The translations under genes were made by a program, and so were the position numbers. A stretch of 64,000 nt of DNA from Actinomycetota bacterium (GTDB lineage Bacteria; Actinomycetota; UBA4738; HRBIN12), in contig DASSJM010000032.1 in NCBI GenBank assembly GCA_035691205.1, positions 15,698-79,697 of the forward strand, read 5' to 3'. The stretch's first letter is position 1. Each line of letters starts with the position of its first letter. This document shows positions 46,897-57,726 of the stretch, piece by piece. The notes below the pieces were generated by a model. That model was given only the letters and a program-made list of their open reading frames with translations, was not told the DNA's origin and searched no databases.

Positions 46897-47666
46897 GCCC
46901 GGTACTTCACGATCAGCGCGAGCTCCTCAGGATCCAGACTGGCGCCGCCGACGAGGGCCCCGTCGATCTCGGGGTGCGCCATGAAGTCTCGGATGTTGCC
47001 CGCCTTGACGCTGCCCCCGTACTGGATCCGAACCGCGTCTGCGACGGTCGCTCCGAACAGCTCGCCCACGGTCCGGCGGATCAGTCCGATCACCTCGCCG
47101 GCATCCGATGGCTCCGCGTTCCGACCGGTTCCGATCGCCCAGATCGGCTCGTAGGCCAGGACCAGCCGGGAGGCGTCCACCTCTCCGACGTGCGTGAGCC
47201 CAGCGCGCACCTGCGTCGTGACCCGCTCCTGCGTGTTCCCCAGGTCGCGTTCCTCCAGGGTCTCGCCCACGCACAGGATCGGCGTCATCTCGTGTCCGAG
47301 CACCGCCCGCACCTTCTCGCTGACGAGGCGATCGTCCTCGCCGAACAGCTGCCGTCGCTCGGAGTGCCCCACGATGACGTACCGGACCTCGAGCGCTTTC
47401 AGCATGAGGGGCGAGACCTCGCCGGTGAAGGCGCCCTGCTCCTTCGGGTGCACGTCCTGGGCCCCGAGCCCATACGGGAGGCGGTCGCTCATGATCAGCG
47501 TCTCGACCGCCCGCAAGGCGGTGAACGGCGGGCAGATGACGACCTCGACGCGCTCCGCATCCTCCCGGTCCAGCAGGTACGAGAGCTTCTGGACCGCCTG
47601 GATCGCCTCGAGGTGCGTCTTGTGCATCTTCCAGTTCGCCGCGATGATCGGTCGCCTCGCGCTCAC
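46893..47666 (-). CDS. tpiA: triosephosphate isomerase
   Basis: 257 aa from GTG 47666 (GGAGGAGG 4 nt upstream). VSARRPIIAANWKMHKT..., active-site ...GHSERR..., ...AYEPIWAIGTG... GTGA overlap with pgk stop. The track ORF is over-extended to 337 aa. Confidence 0.85.
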   Translation of the reverse strand: MSARRPIIAANWKMHKTHLEAIQAVQKLSYLLDREDAERVEVVICPPFTALRAVETLIMSDRLPYGLGAQDVHPKEQGAFTGEVSPLMLKALEVRYVIVGHSERRQLFGEDDRLVSEKVRAVLGHEMTPILCVGETLEERDLGNTQERVTTQVRAGLTHVGEVDASRLVLAYEPIWAIGTGRNAEPSDAGEVIGLIRRTVGELFGATVADAVRIQYGGSVKAGNIRDFMAHPEIDGALVGGASLDPEELALIVKYRA

Positions 47667-48871
47667 CCGGCCTCCTCCAGTACCTCGATCCCCGGGAGCG
47701 AGCGCCCCTCGAGGAACTCCAGCGAGGCCCCACCGCCGGTCGACAGGTGATCGAAGCCGTCCGCCAACCCGTACCTCGCAATCGCGGCGAGGGAGTCCCC
47801 TCCGCCGGCCACCGTGAACGCCCGCGCGCCGGCGATCGCGGTCGCGACGCCGCGCGTACCGGCGCTGAACGGCTCGAGCTCGAAGACCCCCATCGGGCCG
47901 TTCCACAGGATCGTGCGGGCCTCCGCGATCGTCCGCGCGAACTCCTCGACGGCGCGGGGGCCGATGTCCAGACCCATCTCCCCCCGCGGCACGTCTCCGG
48001 CGGGGACCGTGTGGCGCGGGGACTCGGCGGCGACCTCGGGGGCGGCGACCACGTCCTCGGGGAGCTGGAGCACCACGCCGCGCTCGTCAGCCCGGCGTCG
48101 GGCCGCGCGGACGTCAGGGAACCGGTCCGGCTCCACGAGGCTCTTGCCGACCTGGGCCCCGTCGGCGGCCAGGAACGTGAAGGCCATCGCCCCACCGATC
48201 AGCAGGGCGTCGACCCGTTCCACCAGCGAGCCGATCGTGGCGAGCTTGTCCGAGACCTTCGCGCCCCCGAGCACCGCGACGAACGGGCGATCCGGCTCTC
48301 CCAGCAGCCGTGATAGCGCTCGCACCTCCCGCTCCAGGAGCCTGCCGGCCACCGCGGAGCGCCCCTGCTCGAGCATGATCCCCGGCAGGGCGGACACGGA
48401 GGCGTGCGCTCGGTGGACCGCCCCGAACGCGTCGTCCACGTAGACGTCCGCCAGGCCCGCGAGCCGGATCGCGAAGGTTCGGTCGTTGGCCTCCTCCCCC
48501 GGGTCGAAGCGGAGGTTCTCGAGCAAGACGACGCGACCGGGCTCGAGGGTCTGGCATGAGCGCTCGACCTCCGCGCTGAGCGCGCCGTCGGTCGGGACGT
48601 GGTCGACCGCCCCGCCGAGGAGATCGCCGAGGACGGCCGCGACCGGACCCAGGCGAGCATCCTCGTCCACCCGACCCTTGGGGCGGCCCAGGTGCGAGGC
48701 GACCACGATCGATGCCCCGCGCCCGAGCAGCTCGGTGAGGGTGGGCATCGCCGCCCGGATCCGCGCGTCGTCTGCCACGTGGCCGGCCGCGAGTGGGACG
48801 TTGAAGTCCACCCGGAGGAACACCCGAAGTCCGGCGAGGTCGCCCAGGTGGTCGAGCGTTCGCAGCCGCAC
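47663..48871 (-). CDS. pgk: phosphoglycerate kinase
   Basis: 402 aa. MRLRTLDHLGDLAGLRVFLRVDFNVPL..., hinge and C-domain ...GGGASLEFLEG. Confidence 0.9.
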   Translation of the reverse strand: MRLRTLDHLGDLAGLRVFLRVDFNVPLAAGHVADDARIRAAMPTLTELLGRGASIVVASHLGRPKGRVDEDARLGPVAAVLGDLLGGAVDHVPTDGALSAEVERSCQTLEPGRVVLLENLRFDPGEEANDRTFAIRLAGLADVYVDDAFGAVHRAHASVSALPGIMLEQGRSAVAGRLLEREVRALSRLLGEPDRPFVAVLGGAKVSDKLATIGSLVERVDALLIGGAMAFTFLAADGAQVGKSLVEPDRFPDVRAARRRADERGVVLQLPEDVVAAPEVAAESPRHTVPAGDVPRGEMGLDIGPRAVEEFARTIAEARTILWNGPMGVFELEPFSAGTRGVATAIAGARAFTVAGGGDSLAAIARYGLADGFDHLSTGGGASLEFLEGRSLPGIEVLEEAG

Positions 48872-48880
48872 GGAAGGCGC

Positions 48881-49918
<1,038 letters not shown>

Positions 49919-49957
49919 CTACCCAGCCGGTCGCCCTGCGACGTCCCCGCCTCCGGC

Positions 49958-50881
49958 TCAGCGATCGAGGTCGCGGTGCGAGACCGAGGCGCCCAGACCC
50001 TTGTCCCGGAAGAACCGGGCAAGATCCTCGACCACCACCACCGAGCGGTGACGACCACCGGTGCACCCCACGGCGACCGTCAAGTACGACTTCCCCTCCG
50101 CGACGAACCCGGGCACCATGAACCCGAGGAGCGACCTCAGCCGTCGCAGGAACTCCCGGTACGTCTGCTGGCCCTGCACGTAGGTCCGGACGCGCTCGTC
50201 CGTGCCGGGCAGGGGTCGGAGCTCGTCGATCCAGTGGGGGTTGGGCAGGAACCGGCAGTCGATCACGAGGTCGGCGTCCCTCGGGGTCCCGTACTTGTAC
50301 CCGAACGACACCAGGCTGACCTGGAGGCTCTCCTCGGGCGGCGCCTCCGCGAAGGCGTCGCGGATCTTGTCCCGGAGCTCATGGGGCGTGAGCCCCGAGG
50401 TGTCCAGGATCAGGTCGGCGTCGCCCCGAAGGCTCTCCATCATCAGCCGCTCCTTGCGGATCCCCTCCACGACCCGGTCACCGGGCGCGAGCGGATGGCG
50501 ACGGCGCGTCGACTCGTACCGGTTGACCAGGTCCTGATCGGATGCCTCCAGGTACAGGATCCGGTACGGGACGTTCAGCTCCTCGAGCTCCTCGAGCGCG
50601 CGCGACAGCTCGCCGAAGAACACCCCGCCGCGCACGTCCAGGACGGTGGCGATCCGCCCCGGTCCCCCGGGGCGCGAGGCGAGCTCCGCCATCTTCGGCA
50701 GCAGGGTCGGGGGCAGGTTGTCCACGACGAAGTAGCCGATGTCCTCGAGGCTCCGCGCCGCCTCGGAGCGGCCGGCGCCAGACAGGCCGGTGATGATCGT
50801 GAACCCTGGACCCTCGGGTCGCTTCCGCGTCCGGCTCGTGCGCCGGCGCTCGACGGAGGGCTTCTGCGTGTGGGCGGTCAT
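49958..50881 (-). CDS. rapZ: RNase adaptor/nucleotide-binding protein RapZ (YvcJ)
   Basis: 307 aa from ATG 50881. P-loop GLSGAGRS, C-terminal ...TVAVGCTGGRHRSV... ATGA overlap with uvrC stop. The track merges it into an 869-aa ORF. Confidence 0.85.
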   Translation of the reverse strand: MTAHTQKPSVERRRTSRTRKRPEGPGFTIITGLSGAGRSEAARSLEDIGYFVVDNLPPTLLPKMAELASRPGGPGRIATVLDVRGGVFFGELSRALEELEELNVPYRILYLEASDQDLVNRYESTRRRHPLAPGDRVVEGIRKERLMMESLRGDADLILDTSGLTPHELRDKIRDAFAEAPPEESLQVSLVSFGYKYGTPRDADLVIDCRFLPNPHWIDELRPLPGTDERVRTYVQGQQTYREFLRRLRSLLGFMVPGFVAEGKSYLTVAVGCTGGRHRSVVVVEDLARFFRDKGLGASVSHRDLDR

Positions 50882-52764
50882 GCGCTCTCCCGGCGCGCGG
50901 TCGGAGCGGCTCCGGTGAGGCGCTCGTGCACGGCGCGCGCGAGCTCCGGTCCGATCCCGGGCGTGGACGCGATCTCGTCCACCTCGGCGCGGGCCAGACG
51001 CGCCAGCGACCCGAAGCGCGTGAGGAGCGCCTTCTTCCGCGACGGTCCGACGCCCGGCACGTCGTCGAGCGGTGACGCGAGCGCCCGCCTGGCGCGCTTC
51101 TGGCGGTGGTAGGCGACGGCGAACCGGTGGGCCTCGTCGCGGAGATGCTGGAGGACGAACAGCGCCTCGGAGCCGCGTGGGATCAGCAACGGGTCGGGCC
51201 GGTCCGGGAAGTAGACCTCCTCCAGGCGCTTGGCCAGGCCGACCGCCGGGATGTGGACGCCCGCCGTCGCCAGGGCCTTCGTGGCGGCCGACAGCTGTCC
51301 GCGGCCGCCGTCCACCACGATCAGCGAGGGTGGGTAGGCGAAGCGGCGCCGTTCGCCCGGCTCGCGATCGCGTTCCGAACGGAGGCGGGCGAGCCGGCGG
51401 GCGAGCATCTCCTCCATGCTCGCGAAGTCGTCCTGTCCCGGCACCCCTTTGATCTCGAACCTGCGGTAGTCCGAGCGCTTGGGCAGCCCGTCCTCGAAGA
51501 CCACCATGGACCCGACCTTGTCGGTCGGTCCCAGGTTCGAGACGTCGTAGCACTCGATCCGCAGCGGAGGCTGCTCCAGCTCGAGCAGTGCGCCGAGGCC
51601 CGCGAGCGCCCGCGAGCGTGCACCGAAGTCCGAAGCGCGCCGCAGCTTGTGCCGCTGGAAGTGCTCTCGCGCGTTCTGCGTCACGGTCTCCATCAGCTTC
51701 CGCTTCGTCCCCCGCTCGGGCACGGCGAACCGCACGGGCCCGCCGCGGCGCTCCGCGAGCCAGGCGGCGAGCAGGTCGTCGTCCTCGGGCAGCGCCGGGA
51801 CCAGCACGCGCGGCGGTACGTCGGGACGCTCCATGTAGAGCTCGCGGACGAACGAACCGACGAGGCCGGGGACGTCGAGATCCTCGACCCGGTCGACCAC
51901 CCAGCCCTTGCGCCCGCTGACGCGGCCGCGCCGCACGAAGAACACCTGGAAGGCGGCCTCCAGGTCGTCCTCGGCCACGCCGACCACGTCGAGGTCCTCG
52001 GGCTGCGAGAGCACCATCTCCTGGCTCTCGAGCGCGCGCCGCGCCGCCGTGAGCTGGTCCCGGAGCTTGGCCGCGAGCTCGTACTCCTCGCGCTCCGCGG
52101 CGGCCCGCATCTCGCGCTCGAGCCGCTCCAGGATCGGTCGCTCGTTCACCGCGAGGAAGTCCGCGAGCGCATCGACGTGGCCGCGGTACGCCTCCTCGGT
52201 GATCCCGGTGAGCTCGGGGACGCAGGGCCCGGCGCACCGCCCGATGTCGTAGTACAAGCACGGCCGCCTCGCCCGGGCTCGCTGATCGAAGAACGCGTTC
52301 GAGCAGGTCCGGACCGGGAAGACCCGGGTCAGGGCGTCGAGCGTCTCGCGGATCGCGTACGCGTGCCCGAACGGGCCGAAGTACCGCACGTTCTTCCGCT
52401 TCGCGCCGCGGAGGACCTGCGCGCGAGGCCAGCGCTCCCCCACCGTCAGCGCGAGGTAGGGGTAGGACTTGTCGTCGCGGTACCGGACGTTGAAGCGCGG
52501 CCGGTGCTCCTGGATCAGGTTGTACTCGAGCATCAGGGCGTCCACCTCGGTCGAGGCCACGATCCATTCGACGGAGGTGGCGGCCGCGGTCATCGCCGCG
52601 GTCCGCGGGTGCAGGTCACGCACCCAGTAGTTGGCGAGCCGCCTGCGCAGGGCCCGGGCCTTCCCCACGTAGATCACGCGTCCGTCGGCGTCTCGGAACA
52701 GGTACGCGCCGGGCGCGTCGGGGATCGACGAAGGATCGGGACGCGGCACGCTCACGCGGGCCAT
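50878..52764 (-). CDS. uvrC: excinuclease ABC subunit C
   Basis: 628 aa from ATG 52764 (MARVSVPRPDPSSIPDAPGAYLFRD...). GIY-YIG (YVGKARALRRR...), UvrBC-interacting, RNaseH-like endonuclease and C-terminal (HhH)2 domains. The track ORF is extended 449 codons upstream across the neighbouring gene. Confidence 0.9.
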   Translation of the reverse strand: MARVSVPRPDPSSIPDAPGAYLFRDADGRVIYVGKARALRRRLANYWVRDLHPRTAAMTAAATSVEWIVASTEVDALMLEYNLIQEHRPRFNVRYRDDKSYPYLALTVGERWPRAQVLRGAKRKNVRYFGPFGHAYAIRETLDALTRVFPVRTCSNAFFDQRARARRPCLYYDIGRCAGPCVPELTGITEEAYRGHVDALADFLAVNERPILERLEREMRAAAEREEYELAAKLRDQLTAARRALESQEMVLSQPEDLDVVGVAEDDLEAAFQVFFVRRGRVSGRKGWVVDRVEDLDVPGLVGSFVRELYMERPDVPPRVLVPALPEDDDLLAAWLAERRGGPVRFAVPERGTKRKLMETVTQNAREHFQRHKLRRASDFGARSRALAGLGALLELEQPPLRIECYDVSNLGPTDKVGSMVVFEDGLPKRSDYRRFEIKGVPGQDDFASMEEMLARRLARLRSERDREPGERRRFAYPPSLIVVDGGRGQLSAATKALATAGVHIPAVGLAKRLEEVYFPDRPDPLLIPRGSEALFVLQHLRDEAHRFAVAYHRQKRARRALASPLDDVPGVGPSRKKALLTRFGSLARLARAEVDEIASTPGIGPELARAVHERLTGAAPTARRESA

Positions 52765-52820
52765 CGTAGCGCGGTGACCTGCGAAGACCCGGAGGAACGG
52801 CCCGTGAGTGCGGTCGTCCG

Positions 52821-54797
52821 TCAGGCGACCACGACGGTCCCGTTCATCGTCGGATGGACGATGCACAGGAAGTAGTACTCGCCCGCTTCCAGGGCGGGGA
52901 TCTCGTACACGATCTCGGCCGGGCCGGTGATCAGCTCCCCGTTGAACAGCTCGGCGGCGAGGGTGTCGTCCTCGTAGATCGCGATGTTGTGCTGCACCCC
53001 GGCGTCGTCGTTCACGAACGTGATCGAGGTCGCCTCGCCGGCGGGGAGATCGATCGTCGTCGTGTCGAAGGCCAGGTTGAACGCGGTGACGGTGAGACCC
53101 ACCGCGCCACCCCCACCATCGCCACCTCCACCATCGCCACCCCCACCTCCGCCGCCGCCCGCGGCCTCCACGACCTGGACGCTCCCGAGCATGTTGGGGT
53201 GGACGACGCAGATGAAGGCGAACTCGCCCGCCGCCTCGAACGCCGGGACCTCGTACTCGACCTGCGCGGCGCCTGTGATGATCTCGCCCTCCATCAGCAG
53301 GTCCCCAGTGGGCTCCGGGTTGTCGTAGATCTGCACGTTGTGCTGCGTCCCCGCGTCTCGGTTGTCGAAGACGATCGTGAAGGGCTCCCCCACCACCGCC
53401 TCGATGCACGAGCCGTCGGTGAAGGCGATCCCCTCGGCGACGACGGTGACGGTGCCGCCCTCGACCGGCGTGCACTCCTGCGTCGGCGGCGCGGGCTGCT
53501 CGATGGGCTCGGTCGACGTCGGACTGGGCTGGGCGACCGGGATCTCGCCCACGTCGCCGTACGCACCGACGAGTGCATCCTGCGGCTGGACGTCGTACCA
53601 GCCCACGTACACGTTCGCCGGGTCCGCGCCGACCGCCACGGACGGGTAGGCACCCCCGACGGTGGCGCTGCCCGTCGGCACCGGCGCGAGCGCGTCCGCC
53701 GGCCCCGTCGCGAGGACGATCCCCGCGGTCGCGTCCGCCCAGGCCATCGAGATCTCCCCCGCGTCCCCGACCGCGACCGAGGTCCTCGCCCCCTCGAGGT
53801 CGGTGCTCCCCTCGGCGACCTCGGCGACGGCGTTCGTGGAGAAGGAGCCCGGCGTCCCGGTGGCCAGGGTCGCCTGGGCCGCGCCGTAGAACGCCAGCGC
53901 GAACCCGTCGGCCGTCGGCGCCCCCGACAGGCCGGCCCCGCCGTCCGCGGCCACCTCGAAGCTGACCCAGCCGTTCTCCCCGTCGTTCTGCGCCACCTGC
54001 ACGCCGCCGGTCGGCACCGAGTAGGCCACGGCCACACCCTCGGCGCCCGCCATCACCGCGGTCCGGCAGGTCTCGCAGCCGCCCCCCTCGGCGATCGCGT
54101 CGACCTGCCACCGGTCACCGGCGGGCGTAGCCAGGTCCACCGTGCCCACCGACGACGTCGACGTGTAGAAGGCGATCCAGGGTGCTCCGCCCTCGTCGAC
54201 CGCCAGTGACAGCCCGAGGCCGGGAGCGCTCGAGACCTGCGAGACGGTCGCCTGCGTGGTGGTCGCGGGATCGAGCGAGCCCGTGGCGTGGTACACGCCG
54301 CCACCCGACGCCCAGGCCACGTGGTACGTGTCGGCCGTGGTCACCAGGGACAAGCCCGTCACGTTCTGGGGCGTGAGGTCGGCGACCGTCGGCTCGAAGG
54401 CGGGGTTGAACGGCACGGTGACGTTGGTGATCTGCTCGGCCATCGCGACCGCGCCTCGCGTCCAGAACCCCTCCTCGCTGACCGTGGCGAGCATCACGCT
54501 CGGCAGCGACGGTGTGCCGATCGGACGCGTCGGTGCGACCTCGCCCTCCTCGAGGTCCTCCTGGAAGCCGAAGTAGGCGACGATCGGGAGGCCGTTGTCG
54601 GCGACGGCGACCGCGGTGTACCGCCCGGCGTCGTTCAACGGGTCCGCGACGGCCGGGACGAAGCGGACGCCCGACCCCACGTCGATCTCGACCGCCGGGG
54701 CCTCCGCGCAGGCAGCGGCCGCCACGACGAGCACGAACAGGAGCGGGAGCAGCTTCCGACGCGTGTCCTTGGGCATGATGGGGCGCAATCCTAGCAA
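52821..54797 (-). CDS. lipoprotein with N-terminal beta-rich domain and two C-terminal type-1 copper (amicyanin/plastocyanin-like cupredoxin) domains
   Basis: 658 aa. Signal/lipobox LLPLLFVLVVAAAAC. Two tandem ~95-aa modules each with N-terminal His (TQHNVQIYDN, VQHNIAIYED) and a C-terminal Cys-x2-His-x2-Met loop (FICVVHPNMLGSVQVV, FLCIVHPTMNGTVVV; cf. amicyanin CTPHPFM). Separated by a GGGGGGGGDGGGGDGGGG linker. Confidence 0.65.
   Translation of the reverse strand: MLGLRPIMPKDTRRKLLPLLFVLVVAAAACAEAPAVEIDVGSGVRFVPAVADPLNDAGRYTAVAVADNGLPIVAYFGFQEDLEEGEVAPTRPIGTPSLPSVMLATVSEEGFWTRGAVAMAEQITNVTVPFNPAFEPTVADLTPQNVTGLSLVTTADTYHVAWASGGGVYHATGSLDPATTTQATVSQVSSAPGLGLSLAVDEGGAPWIAFYTSTSSVGTVDLATPAGDRWQVDAIAEGGGCETCRTAVMAGAEGVAVAYSVPTGGVQVAQNDGENGWVSFEVAADGGAGLSGAPTADGFALAFYGAAQATLATGTPGSFSTNAVAEVAEGSTDLEGARTSVAVGDAGEISMAWADATAGIVLATGPADALAPVPTGSATVGGAYPSVAVGADPANVYVGWYDVQPQDALVGAYGDVGEIPVAQPSPTSTEPIEQPAPPTQECTPVEGGTVTVVAEGIAFTDGSCIEAVVGEPFTIVFDNRDAGTQHNVQIYDNPEPTGDLLMEGEIITGAAQVEYEVPAFEAAGEFAFICVVHPNMLGSVQVVEAAGGGGGGGGDGGGGDGGGGAVGLTVTAFNLAFDTTTIDLPAGEATSITFVNDDAGVQHNIAIYEDDTLAAELFNGELITGPAEIVYEIPALEAGEYYFLCIVHPTMNGTVVVA
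53105..53166 (-). repeat. imperfect tandem GGT/GGC-rich repeat encoding the poly-Gly(Asp) inter-domain linker
   Basis: Minus strand GGC GGC GGC GGA GGT GGG GGT GGC GAT GGT GGA GGT GGC GAT GGT GGG GGT GGC: a roughly 15-nt unit GGCGATGGTGGRGGT repeated, a slippage-prone low-complexity tract. Confidence 0.5.
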
Positions 54798-54836
54798 GGC
54801 CCGGCGCCGGCGGAGAGCGCTCGCCGCGCGGACCGA

Positions 54837-57698
54837 TCAGGCGTCCCCGGACGCGTCGGCACCGAGGGGCAGCGTGCCCAGTACCTCAGCGAGGAACCGC
54901 CCCGTGTGAGAGGTGGCGTGGGCGGCGACGACCTCGGGCGGTCCGGCGACCACGACCTCCCCCCCGGCGTCTCCGCCTTCCGGGCCGAGGTCGACGATCC
55001 AGTCGGCCGTCTTCACGACGTCGAGGTTGTGCTCGATCACGAGCACGGTGTTGCCCTGCGCCACCAAGCGCTGCAGCACCGAGAGGAGCTTGCGGACGTC
55101 CTCGAAGTGCAGGCCCGTCGTCGGCTCGTCGAGCACGTAGAGCGTGCTCCCGGTCGCGCGCTTCTGGAGCTCGGAGGAGAGCTTGATCCGCTGAGCCTCG
55201 CCGCCCGAGAGCGTGGGCGCCGGTTGCCCGAGCTTCACGTAGCCGAGCCCGACGTCCGAGAGCGTCTGCAGGTGGCGCTTGATCACCGGGATGTTCTGGA
55301 AGAACTCGAGCCCCTCGTCCACGCTCATCTCGAGGACGTCCGCGATCGAGCGGCCCTTGTACCTCACCTCGAGGGTCTCGCGGTTGTAGCGGTGGCCCTT
55401 GCAGACCTCGCAGGTCACGTACACATCCGGCAGGAAGTGCATCTCGATCTTGATCTGGCCGTCCCCTGCGCAGTTCTCGCATCGTCCGCCCCGCACGTTG
55501 AACGAGAACCGACCGGGCTTGTATCCGCGAACACGAGCCTCGGGCACCTGGCTGAAGAGCTTGCGGACGTGGTCGAACACGCCCGTATACGTGGCCGGGT
55601 TCGAGCGCGGCGTCCGGCCGATGGGCGACTGGTCGATGTCGATCACCTTGTCGACCTGCTCCCACCCCACCAGCCGGCGATGCTTGCCGGGCAACGCGCG
55701 CGAACGGTAGACCTTCTGCATCAGCGCGCGGAGGAGGACCTCCTCGACGAGGGTCGACTTGCCCGACCCGCTCACCCCGGTGACGCAGACGAACAGCCCG
55801 AGCGGGATCTCCAGGTTCGCGTTCTTCAGGTTGTGGGCGCGCGCGCCGAGCACCTTCAGCCACCGCCCCGACGGCGTCCTGCGGACCTCGGGCGTGGGGA
55901 TCACGCGTCGCCCGGACAGGAACGCGCCCGTCAGCGACCCGTCGCACTCGAGCAGGCCCTTCAGGTCGCCCGAGTACACGATCTCGCCGCCCGCGATCCC
56001 CGCCCCCGGCCCGATGTCCACGATGTGGTCGGCGGCCGCGATCGTGGCCTCGTCGTGCTCGACGACGACGAGCGTGTTCCCCAGGTCGCGGAGCCGGATC
56101 AGGGTCTCGATCAGCCGGCGGTTGTCGCGCTGGTGCAGGCCGATCGATGGCTCGTCGAGGATGTACAGGACGCCCACGAGCCCGCTGCCGATCTGCGTGG
56201 CGAGGCGGATCCGCTGCGCCTCGCCCCCGGCGAGCGTCGCCGAGGCGCGGGAGAGGGTCAGGTAGTCGAGCCCAACGTCGACCAGGAACCGCAGGCGCTC
56301 GCGGATCTCCTTCATCAGCCGCTCGGCGATCATGTGTTCGCGCTCGGAGAGCTCGACCTCCTGGGTGAAGGCGAGGGTGTCGCGGATCGACCGGTCGGTG
56401 AGCTGGGAGATGTTGACCCCGCCGACCGTGACGGCGAGGGTCTCCGGACGAAGGCGCGCGCCGCCGCACGCGCGGCAGGGGATCTCGCGCATGAACTCCT
56501 CGAGCCGCTGGCGCTGGCTTTCCGAGTCCGTCTCGGCGTGCCGGCGCTCCACCGCCGGCACCACGCCCTCGAACGTCGTCCAGTACGAGCGGGTCCTGCC
56601 GTAGCGGTTCTTGTACCGGACGTGGATCTCCGCCTCCGAGCCGTACAGCACCACGTCGCGAGCCTTCTTCGAGAGGCGCTTCCACGGCGTGGCGGTGGAG
56701 AACCCGTTGGTCTCGGCCACCGACTCGAGCACGCGGTCCCAGTACTCGAGCCGCGAGCTGGACCAGGGCGCGATCGCGCCCTCGGCGATCGAGAGGTCGG
56801 GATCGGGCACCACGAGCTCCGGATCGACCTCCAGCCGCGTGCCGAGCCCGTCGCACGTCTGACAGGCGCCGTACGGCGAGTTGAACGAGAAGTTGCGCGG
56901 CTGGAGCTCGTCGAACGACAGGCCGTCGTACGTGCAGGCCAGCGCCTGGCTGTAGGTCTGGAGGTCCTCCCCATCGTGGGTCTGCACCGCGATCGAGACG
57001 AGCCCCTCCGTCAAGCCGAGCGCCGTCTCGACCGAGTCCGCCACCCGGCGGCGGATGTCCGACCTGGCGACGAGGCGGTCGACGACCACCTCGATCGTGT
57101 GCTTGTAGTGGCGCGGCAGACGGATCTGCTCGGAGAGCTCGCGGACCTCGCCGTCGACCCGGGCCCGGACGAACCCCTTCTTGGCGAGCTCCTGCAGGAG
57201 CTTCTCGTACTCGCCCTTGCGCCCGCGCACCGCCGGTGCGAGGACCTGGAACCGCGTCCCCTCCGGGAGCTGCATCACCTGGTCCACGATCTGCTCGGGC
57301 GTCTGCCGCCCGATCGGGCGGCCGCACCGGGGGCAGTGCGGGTGGCCGATCCGCGCGAACAGCACGCGGAGGTAGTCGTAGACCTCGGTGATCGTGCCCA
57401 CGGTGGAGCGCGGGTTCCGCGAGGTGGACTTCTGGTCGATCGAGATCGCGGGTGACAGCCCCTCGATGAAGTCGACGTCGGGCTTCTCCATCTGTCCGAG
57501 GAACTGCCGGGCGTAGGCGGACAGCGACTCCACGTACCGGCGCTGCCCCTCGGCGTAGATCGTGTCGAACGCGAGCGAGCTCTTGCCGGAACCGGACAGG
57601 CCCGTGAACACGATGAGCTTGTCGCGCGGGAGCTCCAGCGTGACGTTCTTCAGGTTGTGCTCACGGGCCCCATGGATGACGAGGGAGTCGGTGCCCAT
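54837..57698 (-). CDS. uvrA: excinuclease ABC subunit A
   Basis: 953 aa. Two ABC modules ([16 protein letters not shown]..., [11 protein letters not shown]...), two LSGGE, Zn-finger inserts ([28 protein letters not shown]). Confidence 0.9.
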   Translation of the reverse strand: MGTDSLVIHGAREHNLKNVTLELPRDKLIVFTGLSGSGKSSLAFDTIYAEGQRRYVESLSAYARQFLGQMEKPDVDFIEGLSPAISIDQKSTSRNPRSTVGTITEVYDYLRVLFARIGHPHCPRCGRPIGRQTPEQIVDQVMQLPEGTRFQVLAPAVRGRKGEYEKLLQELAKKGFVRARVDGEVRELSEQIRLPRHYKHTIEVVVDRLVARSDIRRRVADSVETALGLTEGLVSIAVQTHDGEDLQTYSQALACTYDGLSFDELQPRNFSFNSPYGACQTCDGLGTRLEVDPELVVPDPDLSIAEGAIAPWSSSRLEYWDRVLESVAETNGFSTATPWKRLSKKARDVVLYGSEAEIHVRYKNRYGRTRSYWTTFEGVVPAVERRHAETDSESQRQRLEEFMREIPCRACGGARLRPETLAVTVGGVNISQLTDRSIRDTLAFTQEVELSEREHMIAERLMKEIRERLRFLVDVGLDYLTLSRASATLAGGEAQRIRLATQIGSGLVGVLYILDEPSIGLHQRDNRRLIETLIRLRDLGNTLVVVEHDEATIAAADHIVDIGPGAGIAGGEIVYSGDLKGLLECDGSLTGAFLSGRRVIPTPEVRRTPSGRWLKVLGARAHNLKNANLEIPLGLFVCVTGVSGSGKSTLVEEVLLRALMQKVYRSRALPGKHRRLVGWEQVDKVIDIDQSPIGRTPRSNPATYTGVFDHVRKLFSQVPEARVRGYKPGRFSFNVRGGRCENCAGDGQIKIEMHFLPDVYVTCEVCKGHRYNRETLEVRYKGRSIADVLEMSVDEGLEFFQNIPVIKRHLQTLSDVGLGYVKLGQPAPTLSGGEAQRIKLSSELQKRATGSTLYVLDEPTTGLHFEDVRKLLSVLQRLVAQGNTVLVIEHNLDVVKTADWIVDLGPEGGDAGGEVVVAGPPEVVAAHATSHTGRFLAEVLGTLPLGADASGDA

Positions 57699-57726
57699 CG
57701 GGGCCTATCCTACGGGCGGGTCCGAC

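Noticed and set aside
50882-52567. Upstream part of 869-aa ORF 49958..52567 merged with rapZ
   Set aside because: RapZ homology starts at ATG 50881 (307 aa). The upstream frame overlaps uvrC out of frame and is Arg/Pro-rich.
53040-53170. Possible CRISPR-like or microsatellite repeat (ccacc/ccgcc runs)
   Set aside because: It is the coding sequence of an in-frame poly-Gly linker inside a CDS. There are no spacer-repeat periodicity and no cas genes, so it is reported only as a coding tandem repeat.
52765-54111. N-terminal 449 codons of the 1077-aa 'uvrC' track ORF
   Set aside because: A GC-rich open frame reading through the cupredoxin lipoprotein gene. UvrC homology (GIY-YIG) begins exactly at ATG 52764, giving a normal 628-aa UvrC.
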